A stretch of DNA of 63,203 nt, filler included, from Candidatus Fermentibacterota bacterium (GTDB lineage Bacteria; JAFGKV01), in assembly GCA_016928395.1 (NCBI GenBank). It is 6 parts of 6 records of this genome, joined end to end, with 100 filler letters (N's around TTAATTAATTAA, not from the genome) between each part and the next. Parts side by side here need not be neighbours in the genome. Positions count along the whole stretch, not along the records: positions 19,993 to 41,299 come from JAFGKV010000115.1; positions 41,400 to 54,939 come from JAFGKV010000116.1; 4 more parts are not named here. The stretch is one strand, 5' to 3'. The notes below the pieces were generated by a model. It saw only the letters and a list, made by a program, of their open reading frames with translations, was not told the DNA's origin and searched no databases. Numbering within the stretch: the stretch's first letter is position 1; each line of letters begins with the position of its first letter. The translations under genes and the position numbers were made by a program. This document shows positions 37,558 through 47,700 of this stretch, in pieces.

Positions 37558-37736
37558 GGAATCTCCTCGTAGTCGATATCCTCGGCGTCTCCCAGCACGG
37601 GATGGGAGGCTTTGCCGGGGCCTGTCCGCGGTGTAGGCGGCGACGGGGCAAAGGACCTTCGAAGAGCCCTCCACACGTAACGTATGGCCAAGATGATGAG
37701 GAGCACCCGGAGCACTCGAGCCACAAGCCATAGCAT
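37554..37736 (-). CDS. Small single-TM protein with acidic DYEE tail (DUF4834-like)
   Basis: 60 aa MLWLVARVLRVLLIILAIRYVWR...EDIDYEEIP; AGGAG RBS; coupled to ABC ATPase. Confidence 0.7.
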   Translation of the reverse strand: MLWLVARVLRVLLIILAIRYVWRALRRSFAPSPPTPRTGPGKASHPVLGDAEDIDYEEIP

Positions 37737-38124
37737 GGGGCTTCTCCTCTCTCTCTCGCACGGGCCGGCATACCCGAGGCGCCGAGGAAGTCGTGACTGA
37801 GGGCCCCGGCTGCTGCACGGACCATCCATGCAGCACCGCCCGCGCGTTCCTCGCCAACGCTCTAGGGCAGCGGCCGAGGCGGTCAGCGCAGACGATGTCG
37901 GAAACGCCTCCAAGGTATGCGGTGAATGCCGACGAGCCAAGGGCCCTGCGGTATGCGGCGTCGACACTCCCTGCTTTGTTGTTGGATGGTACAGGGTTGC
38001 GTTCGGTGTTCTTGTCCATCACCCTGAGCCCGTGGACACTGCACCGGGAGCTACTCTCCCACCACAGTGGACACGCAGCATTCCGCATGTTACATTACTT
38101 GGTCCGAGCTTGAAGGAGGGAACT

Positions 38125-38751
38125 ATGGGAGCCGAAGAGGATCGAGAGCTGCTCTGTACGGCTGTGTCACTGTTGGACCGGGGGCATGTCGACAGCGCCG
38201 TCGAAATGCTTGAAGCGCTGCGGCCAACGATGCCACACGACCCGGTGGTACTGGGATCCTTGGGGAGAGCGGCTCTCGCCCGGGGGGCCTATGGCGAGGC
38301 TGAACAGCTTCTCAACAGTGCACTGGAGAGCGACCCCGGATTTTATCCCGCGCTTCTTAACAAGGGCATCCTCCTGGTGAACCTCGGAGACTGCGAGGGC
38401 GCCATCGCGCTGTATGACAGGGCGCTGGAAGTCAACCCCCGGTATCCCGAGGCCCACAGCAATCGCGCCAATGCCCTGGCCATACTGGGCCGCGTTGAGG
38501 AGGCGCTGAAGGACTACGGCAGGGCGCTGGAGTTGAAGCCAGGCTTCGCCGATGCCCACTACAACTATGCCTACACACTGAGCCGCATGGGTCGCACTGA
38601 CGATGCGCTGGGGGAGCTGGAGCATACTGTTCGATTGCAGCCCGCCCACCGCCTTGCATGGCAACTGAAGCTCTGCATCCATGTGGATCGAGGCGAAGCT
38701 GAGGAGGCGCAGCGTTGCCAGGACAGTCTCGGGAAGCTTGGCCCGCCATGA
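38125..38751 (+). CDS. Tetratricopeptide repeat protein
   Basis: About five TPRs (e.g. ALLNKGILL..LG..EGAIALYDRALEVNP; AHSNRANAL..LGR.EEALKDY.RALEL.P); AAGGAGG RBS. Confidence 0.9.
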   Translation: MGAEEDRELLCTAVSLLDRGHVDSAVEMLEALRPTMPHDPVVLGSLGRAALARGAYGEAEQLLNSALESDPGFYPALLNKGILLVNLGDCEGAIALYDRALEVNPRYPEAHSNRANALAILGRVEEALKDYGRALELKPGFADAHYNYAYTLSRMGRTDDALGELEHTVRLQPAHRLAWQLKLCIHVDRGEAEEAQRCQDSLGKLGPP

Positions 38752-38863
38752 GAAGCCCCGCTGGCGAATGTCGAGAGAGAAGGACCTTGACATCAGGGCG
38801 ACGTGACGGATTGTTTTGCGATGTAGTACTATTAAGTGTTCCTCCAGGAGTATTCCAGTGATA

Positions 38864-40036
38864 ATGGCATCGCGCGAGAACATCCTTATCGTCGATGACG
38901 AACCCAATATCCGCATGGCCATGAGGGTGGCGCTGGAGCGGGAGGGGTATGCGGTCAGCGAGGCCTACGATGGCAAGGATGCGCTGCGTTCCATCTTCTC
39001 GGAAAAGCCTGACCTGGTTCTGCTTGATATCATGCTGCCCACCATGAACGGCTATGACGTGACCATCAAGCTCCGGGAGGACGACCGAACTCGGCGTCTG
39101 CCCATCATCATGGTGACTGCCAAGGGCCAGATCACTGACCGGATTCATGGGCTTGATCTCGGCGCTGATGACTACATCTCGAAGCCATTCGATCTTCGGG
39201 AACTGGTGGCGCGCGTGCACGCAATGCTCCGTCGCCGTGCCGCCGAAGAATCGGCCGCCAAGCCCAAGCGTCTCGACCCAGGCGCCGTCGCCTTTCCGAC
39301 TCCCGCGCCGGACATGACCTTTGAGACCTTTGTCGTGGGGCCATCCAATCGCGAAGCGTATGAGGCTGCCATGGCGGTGGCGGCCGCCCCCGGTCGGTTA
39401 TTCAACCCGTTGTTCATGTACGGCGACGCCGGGATCGGAAAGTCGCACCTGCTGGCCGCCATTGGCAACCGCGTGGGCAAGGATCATGGCTCGGACAAGG
39501 TCATGTACACCTCCTCCGAGGTGTTTCATGAGACCATCCGAGAGGCCATTGTATCCCATCGCATCGAGGAGATGCTCGCATCAATGGGCAGGTTCGTGGT
39601 GCTTTTGGTGGATGATGTTCACTTCCTCGCCCGGGCGCGCTCGCAGCAGGATCGCGCCCTCGAGGTCTTCATGGAGCTGTACGATCGGGCGCGCCAGGTG
39701 GCCGTCTGCAGCGACAGGCCGCCCGACCAGCTCAACGATCTGACCGAGATGATCCGGGCGCTGTTTGTCCGGGGCAAGGTCGTCAATCTGGACGTGCCCA
39801 CACCGTATCATCGGGGACGGATCCTGAGGTCTGTGTGTGAACGCAACGGGTGGGTCATACCCGAGAGCGCCCTCATCTACCTGGCGCGGAACCTCACCGC
39901 CAACGTGCGAACCCTCATCGGCGTCGCCAAGAGGGTTGCCGCAGAATCCACTTTGAGCGGTAAACCCATCAACCCGGAGATCATCGACGAAGTCATTGCC
40001 CAAGTGCATTCTATCGGTCGGCCCACCAATCTGTAG
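38864..40036 (+). CDS. Response-regulator receiver fused to DnaA/Hda-type AAA+ domain
   Basis: REC: ILIVDDE, LLDIMLP, MVTAK, ISKPF; DnaA domain III: TFETFVVGPSN, NPLFMYGDAGIGKSHLL, LVDDVHF, SDRPP, NVRTLIG; ends before domain IV. Confidence 0.9.
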   Translation: MASRENILIVDDEPNIRMAMRVALEREGYAVSEAYDGKDALRSIFSEKPDLVLLDIMLPTMNGYDVTIKLREDDRTRRLPIIMVTAKGQITDRIHGLDLGADDYISKPFDLRELVARVHAMLRRRAAEESAAKPKRLDPGAVAFPTPAPDMTFETFVVGPSNREAYEAAMAVAAAPGRLFNPLFMYGDAGIGKSHLLAAIGNRVGKDHGSDKVMYTSSEVFHETIREAIVSHRIEEMLASMGRFVVLLVDDVHFLARARSQQDRALEVFMELYDRARQVAVCSDRPPDQLNDLTEMIRALFVRGKVVNLDVPTPYHRGRILRSVCERNGWVIPESALIYLARNLTANVRTLIGVAKRVAAESTLSGKPINPEIIDEVIAQVHSIGRPTNL

Positions 40037-40078
40037 TCTCGCGAGCATACGCCCACTCTTGTGAACGGAGAATCCCGA

Positions 40079-40957
40079 ATGACGCGAGTCCTGTGTCTCG
40101 TAGCTATGCTGGCGGCCTCCGCCTCGGCCGCGGGCGGCTCTCCCCGCGGGTTTTGGGCGGGCTGGCCACTCCCGAAGGTATGGCTGGCGTTCGTATTCGC
40201 CTCGATAGGGCTTGCGCTGTTAGTGAGCGGTCGCGTCAGCCGCCGGGTTCGTCTTGTATTCCTGGGCGTGTCTTTCGTGCTCTGGGGCGTAGTGCCTGCT
40301 CTCTCTCTGGGCGAGTTCTCCCGGGGAATGGTCCTGCGCCCAAGTCCCGTAAGCATGGTGGCTCGCCCCTTCCAGTTCCTTGCTACCGGGCGTGTTATCC
40401 CGCCGGTGTTTCTTGGGCTGCTCTTGGCCGTGGTGCTCATGTCGCTGGCAGGAACGAAGCTGTTCTGCGGCTGGGTGTGCCCTATCGGCGCATTGCAGGA
40501 GCTGGTGCATGCGGTACCCTTGAGGCGGGGCGCCAAACGCATTGTGCCGTTTGCCGTAAGCAATAGCATCAGGATCGGGTTTTTCGCGGTGTTCCTCGGT
40601 GTGCTCCTCCTCACGGGCCGCTATCTCTACAGCTATGTCTCCCCCTTCGATGCCCTGAAGTGGGGTTTTGTCCTGCCGGCGGCCGGGGTTCTCGCGCTGA
40701 CTCTCATAGCGGCTCTCTTCGTGTTCCGACCGTTCTGCTATTTCCTATGCCCCCTTGGTCTCCTGACATGGGTTCTGGAGCAGGTCGCCTTGACCAAAGT
40801 CCGTCTGGGCGGAAGCTGTACCGACTGCAAGCGCTGCGTTCGCGAGAGCCCGTGTCCCACGGTGGGCGCCATCCTCGCGGAGAAGCCCATTCGTCCCGAC
40901 TGCTATGCCTGCGGGCGCTGCATGGAGGTCTGCAAAGACAGCCTGAAGTGGCGATAG
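40079..40957 (+). CDS. Membrane polyferredoxin (NapH/MauN-like 4Fe-4S binding protein)
   Basis: FCGWVCPIGALQE, FCYFLCPLG, CTDCKRC...C, CYACGRCMEVC; several TM helices. Confidence 0.88.
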   Translation: MTRVLCLVAMLAASASAAGGSPRGFWAGWPLPKVWLAFVFASIGLALLVSGRVSRRVRLVFLGVSFVLWGVVPALSLGEFSRGMVLRPSPVSMVARPFQFLATGRVIPPVFLGLLLAVVLMSLAGTKLFCGWVCPIGALQELVHAVPLRRGAKRIVPFAVSNSIRIGFFAVFLGVLLLTGRYLYSYVSPFDALKWGFVLPAAGVLALTLIAALFVFRPFCYFLCPLGLLTWVLEQVALTKVRLGGSCTDCKRCVRESPCPTVGAILAEKPIRPDCYACGRCMEVCKDSLKWR

Positions 40958-41019
40958 TCGTGTTTCGGGAGTAGTCACCAGGGTTCAGTCAGGCCTGCGG
41001 GCCGGTGTTCGCCGACTCT

Positions 41020-41299
41020 CGGTTCACGGTTCATAGTTCACAGTTGTCAGTCATGGAGTTATCAGTTTTCAGTCATCAGTTCCAGACTGGTCCATCTCTA
41101 TACTCGACAGACCTTTTCATGTCCTTCATGTTCTTCATGGTACACAGAGCCTCGTAGGGCACGGCGCACTGTGACGAGAGATGAGGCTTCGCTTCACTCG
41201 CAGTTTTCAGTCATCAGTGGGGCCTCTGGATGCGACAGCACCCAGGTTTTTCGAGGTGGAGAGTACAACCGGCAGGTGGCTATCGGCTGTCAGCTATCG
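41020..41299. repeat. Mosaic of short tandem repeats at contig end, including copy 2 of the 30-bp dispersed repeat (41238-41267)
   Basis: CGGTTCA CGGTTCA TAGTTCA; CAGTTTT CAGTCAT CAGT twice; TTCATGTCC TTCATGTTC TTCATGG; GGCTATC GGCTGTC AGCTATC. Confidence 0.7.
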
Positions 41300-41399
41300 N
41301 NNNNNNNNNNNNNNNNNNNNNNNNNNNNNNNNNNNNNNNNNNNTTAATTAATTAANNNNNNNNNNNNNNNNNNNNNNNNNNNNNNNNNNNNNNNNNNNN
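41300..41399. other. Artificial contig linker
   Basis: N44-TTAATTAATTAA-N44. Confidence 0.98.
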
Positions 41400-41476
41400 A
41401 TAGCCCATTCGGGTTTCGTCATCCCTTCCCCTTGCATCGCCCCTGGCGATGCATCGGCCAGAGTGAGGAGAGAACC

Positions 41477-41878
41477 ATGGATCGTGATCTCCGCCGATTC
41501 GTTGTGCTGGCCGTGCTGTGCACGCTGAGTGCCGGCTGCAGCAAAACTCAAACCCCCGCGCAAGAATTCACCCGAGATCTCTCACCCGGCAAGATTCCCC
41601 CTCCCAGCCAACTGCTGGCAAAGGCCGAGACGGCTCCGTCCGCCGATCAGAAGCTGGCGCTATTTGAGCAGTTCGTCGCGAGCTACCCCGACAGCCCGCG
41701 AGCAGACTTTGCGCAGTTCATGGTGGGATTTCTTCTTTCCGAAGAACTGGAGCGCCCCAAGGATGCGGCCGCGGCGTTTAACCAGCTCAAGACGCGTCAT
41801 CCGGCTAGCGAATGGATCGACGATGCTGACACGCTCATGGCTGAGATGGCGCGGACGGCATCAGCGATAGTGGAGTGA
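41477..41878 (+). CDS. Small TPR-like lipoprotein
   Basis: Lipobox LSAGC; FVASYPDSPRADFAQFMVGF...AAAAFNQLKTRHPAS TPR/YfiO-like motif; GAGGAG RBS. Confidence 0.8.
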   Translation: MDRDLRRFVVLAVLCTLSAGCSKTQTPAQEFTRDLSPGKIPPPSQLLAKAETAPSADQKLALFEQFVASYPDSPRADFAQFMVGFLLSEELERPKDAAAAFNQLKTRHPASEWIDDADTLMAEMARTASAIVE

Positions 41879-41920
41879 AGTCATGACCCCCTTCCGCTTA
41901 CCCATGAAGGAGTATGCGCG

Positions 41921-44716
41921 ATGAGCCTCAGGAAGATCTTCTGCGTCCTTCTGGCCGCCGTATGCACCGCCGGTCCCGCCCTGGCAGGCACCACCGGCAA
42001 GCTGGCGGGCAAGGTCACCGACAATGCCAATGGTGAACCGCTCATAGGCGCCTACGTCATCATCGAGGAACTTGGCGCCGGCGCCATCGCCGATGAGAGC
42101 GGCGAGTATGCCATTCTGAACCTGCCGCCGGGAATCTACACAGTGCGATCAGAGATGATGGGCTTCTCCAGCGTGCGCATGTCGCGGGTACCCGTCAGCG
42201 TCGACCTCACCACTACGGTTGATTTCGGCCTCGACGCCGGCGTGCTTGACCTTGGACAACCCATCGAAGTCGTGGCGGTCCGATCTCCCGTGCAGTTGGA
42301 CCTGACCTCAGCCAGCTCGATGGTGGGCGCGCGGGAGATCGGCGACCTTCCCGTGCAGCAGGTGAGCGATGTCTTGGCGCTGCAAGCCGGCGTGGTGCAG
42401 GGCGCCTACGGCGGCCTGCATATTCGCGGCGGCCGCACCGACGAGGTTGCCTACTGGGTTGACGGCGTCGCAACGACCGACGTCTACGAAGGCGGCCAAA
42501 GCGTGCAGGTGCAGAACTCGTCGGTGGATGAACTCCAGGTCATCAGTGGAACCTTCAATGCCGAGTATGGCCAGGCGATGAGCGGAGTGGTGAATATCGT
42601 CACCAACTCGGGGGGCCCCGTGTATGAGGGCGCCGCCACGGTGTACGTCGACGATGCGATCAGCTCCGATGAAGAGACCTTCTACAACATCGACGAGGTC
42701 GGGATCGCCACAATCAATGGCGAGCTGACCTTGAGCGGTCCCATCCCCTCGACGGGGAACAAGCTTACATTCTTTGCCTTAGGGCGCTATTACGACACCG
42801 ATGGCTATCTCTACGGGAAGCATGTGTTCAATCCCGACGGGACACTCGCTGACAGCGCGGCGGCGATGCGCGGAGATACTGCAGCGGTCCCCATGGCATG
42901 GTCGAAAAACCTGTATCTTCAGGGGAAACTCGCCTTCCAGGCCACCAATACCCTGAAGCTCACCTACGGGTTGTTCTTCGAAGACACTGAGTACAAGGAG
43001 TATGATCATTACTTTAAGTATAACCCCGACGGAGTGGCTCCCCACTACATAGGCTCCCAGACCCATATCCTGACCCTTACCCACAGCGTCTCCCCGAGCA
43101 CATTCTACGAGCTGCGAGGAACACGGCTGTCCCGCACGTATGAGCGGCATCTCTACGAAGATCCGGAAGACTCCCGGTATGTGCATCCGGATCTGATGAC
43201 CTCGCCGGCGGACTATAGCTTTGGCGTGGGCGGGACTCAGATGAACCAGTTCGAACGATCCACCCAGTACTGGATCGGCAAGCTTGATGTGCTGAGCCAG
43301 CTTACCAAGCGGCATCAGGTCAAAGGCGGCCTGGAGATGCGTCTCCACCACCTCACCCTGGATGATGCCGAGGTGCGGCCCAAGACCGTCGGCGCCATGG
43401 GCGCGGATGGTGTCTGGGATCCGCTGGCCGGCTCTGAAATCACGCCTTTTGAGCCCACCATCCACCCCACCTACAGCCCGTATCATGACACGTACGACAA
43501 GAAGCCGATGGAATTCAGTGCCTTTGTTCAGGACAAGATCGAGTTCCGCGAGGTCATCCTGAATCTGGGCCTTCGGTTCGACTACTTCGACCCTGACGGT
43601 CAGGTGCTGACCGACCCGCGGGATCCCGATGTGAACAACCCCATGCTGCCCGCCCACATCTATCGCGATTACTCGCCGGACGTACCCGAGGACCAGTTGG
43701 TGAAGTATACGCTGGAAGAGCGGAAAGCCTTCTGGTACGAGGATGCATCATCGAAGACCCAGATCAGCCCGCGACTCGGCGCCGCCTATCCCATCAGTGA
43801 CCGCGGCGCGATTCACTTCTCCTATGGTCATTTCTTCCAAATTCCTCAATTCAGGCTCCTGTACGAAAACCCGGAGTTCGAGGTTGCCCGGGGCGAGGGT
43901 CTGGGGACGACCATGGGAAACGCCGATCTGGACCCACAGCGTACGGTGATGTATGAGGTCGGCATCCAGCAGGCCCTGAGCGACGCGGATGCCTTCGATG
44001 TCACCATGTTCTACCGTGACATCAGAGATTGGGTCGGCACCAGCGAGGCCATAGACACCTATGTGGCGGGAACTGCATACAGCAAGTACGTGAACAAGGA
44101 CTATGCCAATGCCCGGGGCGTTACCCTGACATACGACCGTCGCTTCTCCGGCGGATTCAGCGCCGGGGTGGACTATAGCTTTATGGTCGTCGAGGGCACA
44201 GCCTCCGACCCCACGGATGCCTACAACGCGGCCCGAGACAATCAGTCACCGAGAATCAGCCTCATTCCCTTGGGGTGGGATCGCACTCATACGTTGAACG
44301 CCAACGTCGCTTTGGGTGCCGAGACATGGCGCGCGTCGCTCCTAGGCCGGTTCTCCACCGGAGAGCCGTACACCCCCACGTTCGCGCGGGGCCAGGTGGC
44401 CGGTGCCGGCCAATATGTGGGTCTTACAGACAATTCGGCGCGCAAGCCCAATACCTACAGCTTCGATCTGAAGGTGTACAAGCGATTTTCCTATGCCGGC
44501 TTGCGGTACAATCTCTTCCTGAATGTCTTCAACCTGTTCGACCGCCGGAACGAGCAGGACGTCTACTCCACGACGGGCCGGGCAACCTATGACCTCGATG
44601 CCCAGCGCGCGTCAGAGAACCCAAGTCGTCCCAACACGGTCGAGGAATACGTGACTCGGCCCGAGTACTACTCCGAACCCCGGAGAGTCCAGGCCGGTCT
44701 CACGGTGTCATTCTGA
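41921..44716 (+). CDS. TonB-dependent receptor with N-terminal carboxypeptidase-regulatory-like domain
   Basis: GTTGKLAGKVTD..GEPLIGA; plug HIRGGR..E..Y.VDG, SGTFNAEYG.AMSGVVNIVT; C-terminal PRRVQAGLTVSF. Confidence 0.95.
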   Translation: MSLRKIFCVLLAAVCTAGPALAGTTGKLAGKVTDNANGEPLIGAYVIIEELGAGAIADESGEYAILNLPPGIYTVRSEMMGFSSVRMSRVPVSVDLTTTVDFGLDAGVLDLGQPIEVVAVRSPVQLDLTSASSMVGAREIGDLPVQQVSDVLALQAGVVQGAYGGLHIRGGRTDEVAYWVDGVATTDVYEGGQSVQVQNSSVDELQVISGTFNAEYGQAMSGVVNIVTNSGGPVYEGAATVYVDDAISSDEETFYNIDEVGIATINGELTLSGPIPSTGNKLTFFALGRYYDTDGYLYGKHVFNPDGTLADSAAAMRGDTAAVPMAWSKNLYLQGKLAFQATNTLKLTYGLFFEDTEYKEYDHYFKYNPDGVAPHYIGSQTHILTLTHSVSPSTFYELRGTRLSRTYERHLYEDPEDSRYVHPDLMTSPADYSFGVGGTQMNQFERSTQYWIGKLDVLSQLTKRHQVKGGLEMRLHHLTLDDAEVRPKTVGAMGADGVWDPLAGSEITPFEPTIHPTYSPYHDTYDKKPMEFSAFVQDKIEFREVILNLGLRFDYFDPDGQVLTDPRDPDVNNPMLPAHIYRDYSPDVPEDQLVKYTLEERKAFWYEDASSKTQISPRLGAAYPISDRGAIHFSYGHFFQIPQFRLLYENPEFEVARGEGLGTTMGNADLDPQRTVMYEVGIQQALSDADAFDVTMFYRDIRDWVGTSEAIDTYVAGTAYSKYVNKDYANARGVTLTYDRRFSGGFSAGVDYSFMVVEGTASDPTDAYNAARDNQSPRISLIPLGWDRTHTLNANVALGAETWRASLLGRFSTGEPYTPTFARGQVAGAGQYVGLTDNSARKPNTYSFDLKVYKRFSYAGLRYNLFLNVFNLFDRRNEQDVYSTTGRATYDLDAQRASENPSRPNTVEEYVTRPEYYSEPRRVQAGLTVSF

Positions 44717-44727
44717 GGAGGCATACG

Positions 44728-47700
44728 GTGAACATGATGCGTGCGACGAAGCTGGCGGCGGCCTTACTGTTGCTGGGCGCCGTGGCATTCGCCAAGGTGG
44801 ACGAACGGGGAAAGAACGAGGCCCGGCGTAAGAACTGGCATAGCGGCAACCTGGTGCATACGACCTATTTCAACTATGGCATGATCGGCCGGGAGCTCCC
44901 GGTGGTTCCGGGAGAGGTCGGCGGTGAGTGGCCTATCAACTCCGGCCATTGGTATGTGGGCGACGTGAGTGTCTTGGTGGGCGCGGAACTCGTCGACATT
45001 CACGGTGACACGGTGTTCTCGGTGCAGGTGAGTGACGGCCCGCGGGGCTTCAACGAATACAGCCCAGATGGATCCACCTTCTGGGGGTGGGAGCCAATTC
45101 CCGGCTACTCCCGGGACGTGACGGGCCAAGAGGGCTGCTGCGTGGCCATGAGCCATCAGCCCGAATCCTGGCCTGCGTTTTGGCCCGACAAGATGGGAGA
45201 CGCCAATGATCCCGGGTGGCCGGCTCAGTGGAACGGCTACTTCGGCAAGAACGTCAAGAATGCCGACCAGGAGAGCTACTGGCTCATGGATGATGCATCA
45301 GACCAAGAGTTTGCCTTCTACCCCGACGCCACGGATTCCACGAGGCGGGGGCTGGGCCTTCGAGTAGCGGTGCGTGGGATGCAGTGGAGCCACGTCCTTG
45401 CCGAAGACTGCATTTTCTGGGTCTACGACATCACGAACATCGGCACCACGGATTATGACAAGGTGGTCTTCGGGATGATCGTGGGAGGCATGGTGGGCGG
45501 CGGTAATGATGCCAATGACGACCATGCAGACTTCGACAAGATCGATAATATCACCTACTGCTGGGATCATGATAATGTCGGCGAGACGGGGTTCAGCCCG
45601 GTAGGATATGTCGGCTATGCGTTTCTGGAAAGCCCGGGCAATCCTTACGACGGCATCGATAATGACAATGACGGCGCCTTCGGATCGGGCATCACCCTGA
45701 CCCGGTCGCAGTTCGGCACCAAGATCCATCGCGTCGGCGATCCAGTCGTACTGATCGACTACGGCACCTATGAGCGCACCGTCACGACGATGCCGGCCGA
45801 AGGCATCACCTTCACGTACCGAGGCACAGAGTTCCACGTGATGCCGAATGTCGAGATCCGGGAAATCGAGCGGAACAACATCGACGACAACCTCGACGGT
45901 CTCATAGACGAAAACAACGGCTTCGAGGTGGCGGGCATCACCTACTACCTCAATGAAGGATACAAGGCGAAGAACTGGATCACCGGGGCCGGCCTGGACA
46001 ATCTTCTCATCGATGAGCGGCGCGATGACGGCATCGACAATGATGGCGACTGGGATCCCCTCACGGACGATGTCGGGCTCGACGGCGTGCCGGGAACGGG
46101 CGACTATGGAGAAGGAGACGGGCTCCCCACCAGCGGCGCCGGCACCGATCTTCCGGGCGAACCAAACATCGACAAGACCGATATCGACGAGTCGGACCAG
46201 ATCGGGTTGACCAGCTTCTACTTCTTCTACCCTTCGGGCGGCCTGAAGCTGAAGAACGACGACGATCTGTGGGATGCCATGGCCCCCGGCTACTTCAATG
46301 CCACGGCCCAGAATGTAGACGGTGATTTCGTCTACGGCTCCGGCTATTTCCCCCTGAAGGCAGGCCAAACCGAGCGCATCTCGGTCTGTCTCGTGTTCGG
46401 CGATGACCGCGACGACATCATCCGGAACAAGCGCACGGTCCAGACCATCTACAATCAGAACTACAACTTCGCCAAGGCGCCGGATTTGCCGAAACTCACG
46501 GCAGTACCAGGAGACAAGAAGATCACTCTGTTCTGGGACGACACATCGGAGCGATCCTTCGACGTCATCTCGGGCTACGACTTTGAAGGCTACAAGATCT
46601 ACAAGGCCACCGACACCGAGTGGGGCGACGCCGACGACATCACCGATGCCTGGGGCAGCCCCAAGTTCGACAAGCCCATCGCCATCTATGATATCCAGAA
46701 CGGCATCAAGGGCCTGTTCCCCCTGGTGGACGAACGCCTGGGCGCGCAGTTCGATCTGGGAAGCGACTCAGGCCTTCGCCACAGCTTTGTGGATACCCAA
46801 GTGGTGAACGGTCAACGCTACTTCTACGCGGTCACCGCCTATGACCGCGGTGACGTGGCAAAAGAGCTCACGCCCGCCGAGACGTCAAAGTTCGTGAAGC
46901 TGAACGCTGATGGCAGCGTGTCTGCCGGCATCAATGTCGGGTATGCGACCCCGAATCCCATGGCGGCGGGATACGAGCCTCCAACGGGTTCCGGGGAGTT
47001 GAGCCGTCAAGGAACGGCTCATGGCACCGGCACTGCGTACTTGGAGATTCTTGATCCAGACGATGTTCCCGAATCCGGGCTTGACTGCATCGTAACCTTT
47101 GTCGACCAGAGCTGTGACACGCTGGACAATGACGGCGACTGGATCGCCTGGGACGATGAGCCCAACGGCACATGGGATACTGGGGAACCGTTCCTGGATG
47201 TGGGTACCGACGGCAAACCAAGTACCCAGGAGGTCAGCGCCGATGGCCGGCCGTACAATCCCGTCACCAATCCCGATCCCGCCGGCGATAACTACGATGC
47301 CTTTCATAATCCCGGCGGAACCGAAGGCAATGACAAGTGGGACTTCACCGATATCAACGGCAACGGGATGTTTGACCCAGGTTTCGAGCGCGCAGAACCG
47401 TGGACCGATCTGGGTGACGGCGTGCTCGACCCGGGAGAGGAGATCATTCACGACACCGGCACCGACGGGCTGAAACCCGGCGATGCGGGCTATCCCGGGC
47501 CCGATGCCGACGGCACCGAGGGCAATGGGATCCCGGACCCCGGCGAACCCAACGTTGATCATCGCGACCCGGACGAATTGCTTCCGCTGACCACGGGTTT
47601 CTGGGTGTATGACCGAATCAGTGGGAAATACCTGGTGAACGGCGTCCGCGATTTTGTCGGCGACTCCCACTACTTCCGTCTCGATGACCAAGTTCTTGGC

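Noticed and set aside
33924-38088. N-terminally extended versions of the protease (to 35954) and ABC ATPase (to 38088) ORFs
   Set aside because: Extensions overlap neighbouring genes; internal starts give normal signal peptide and start/stop coupling
38864-40036. Canonical dnaA / oriC region
   Set aside because: Domains I and IV absent; no dnaN, gyrB or rpmH neighbours; no DnaA-box cluster noticed
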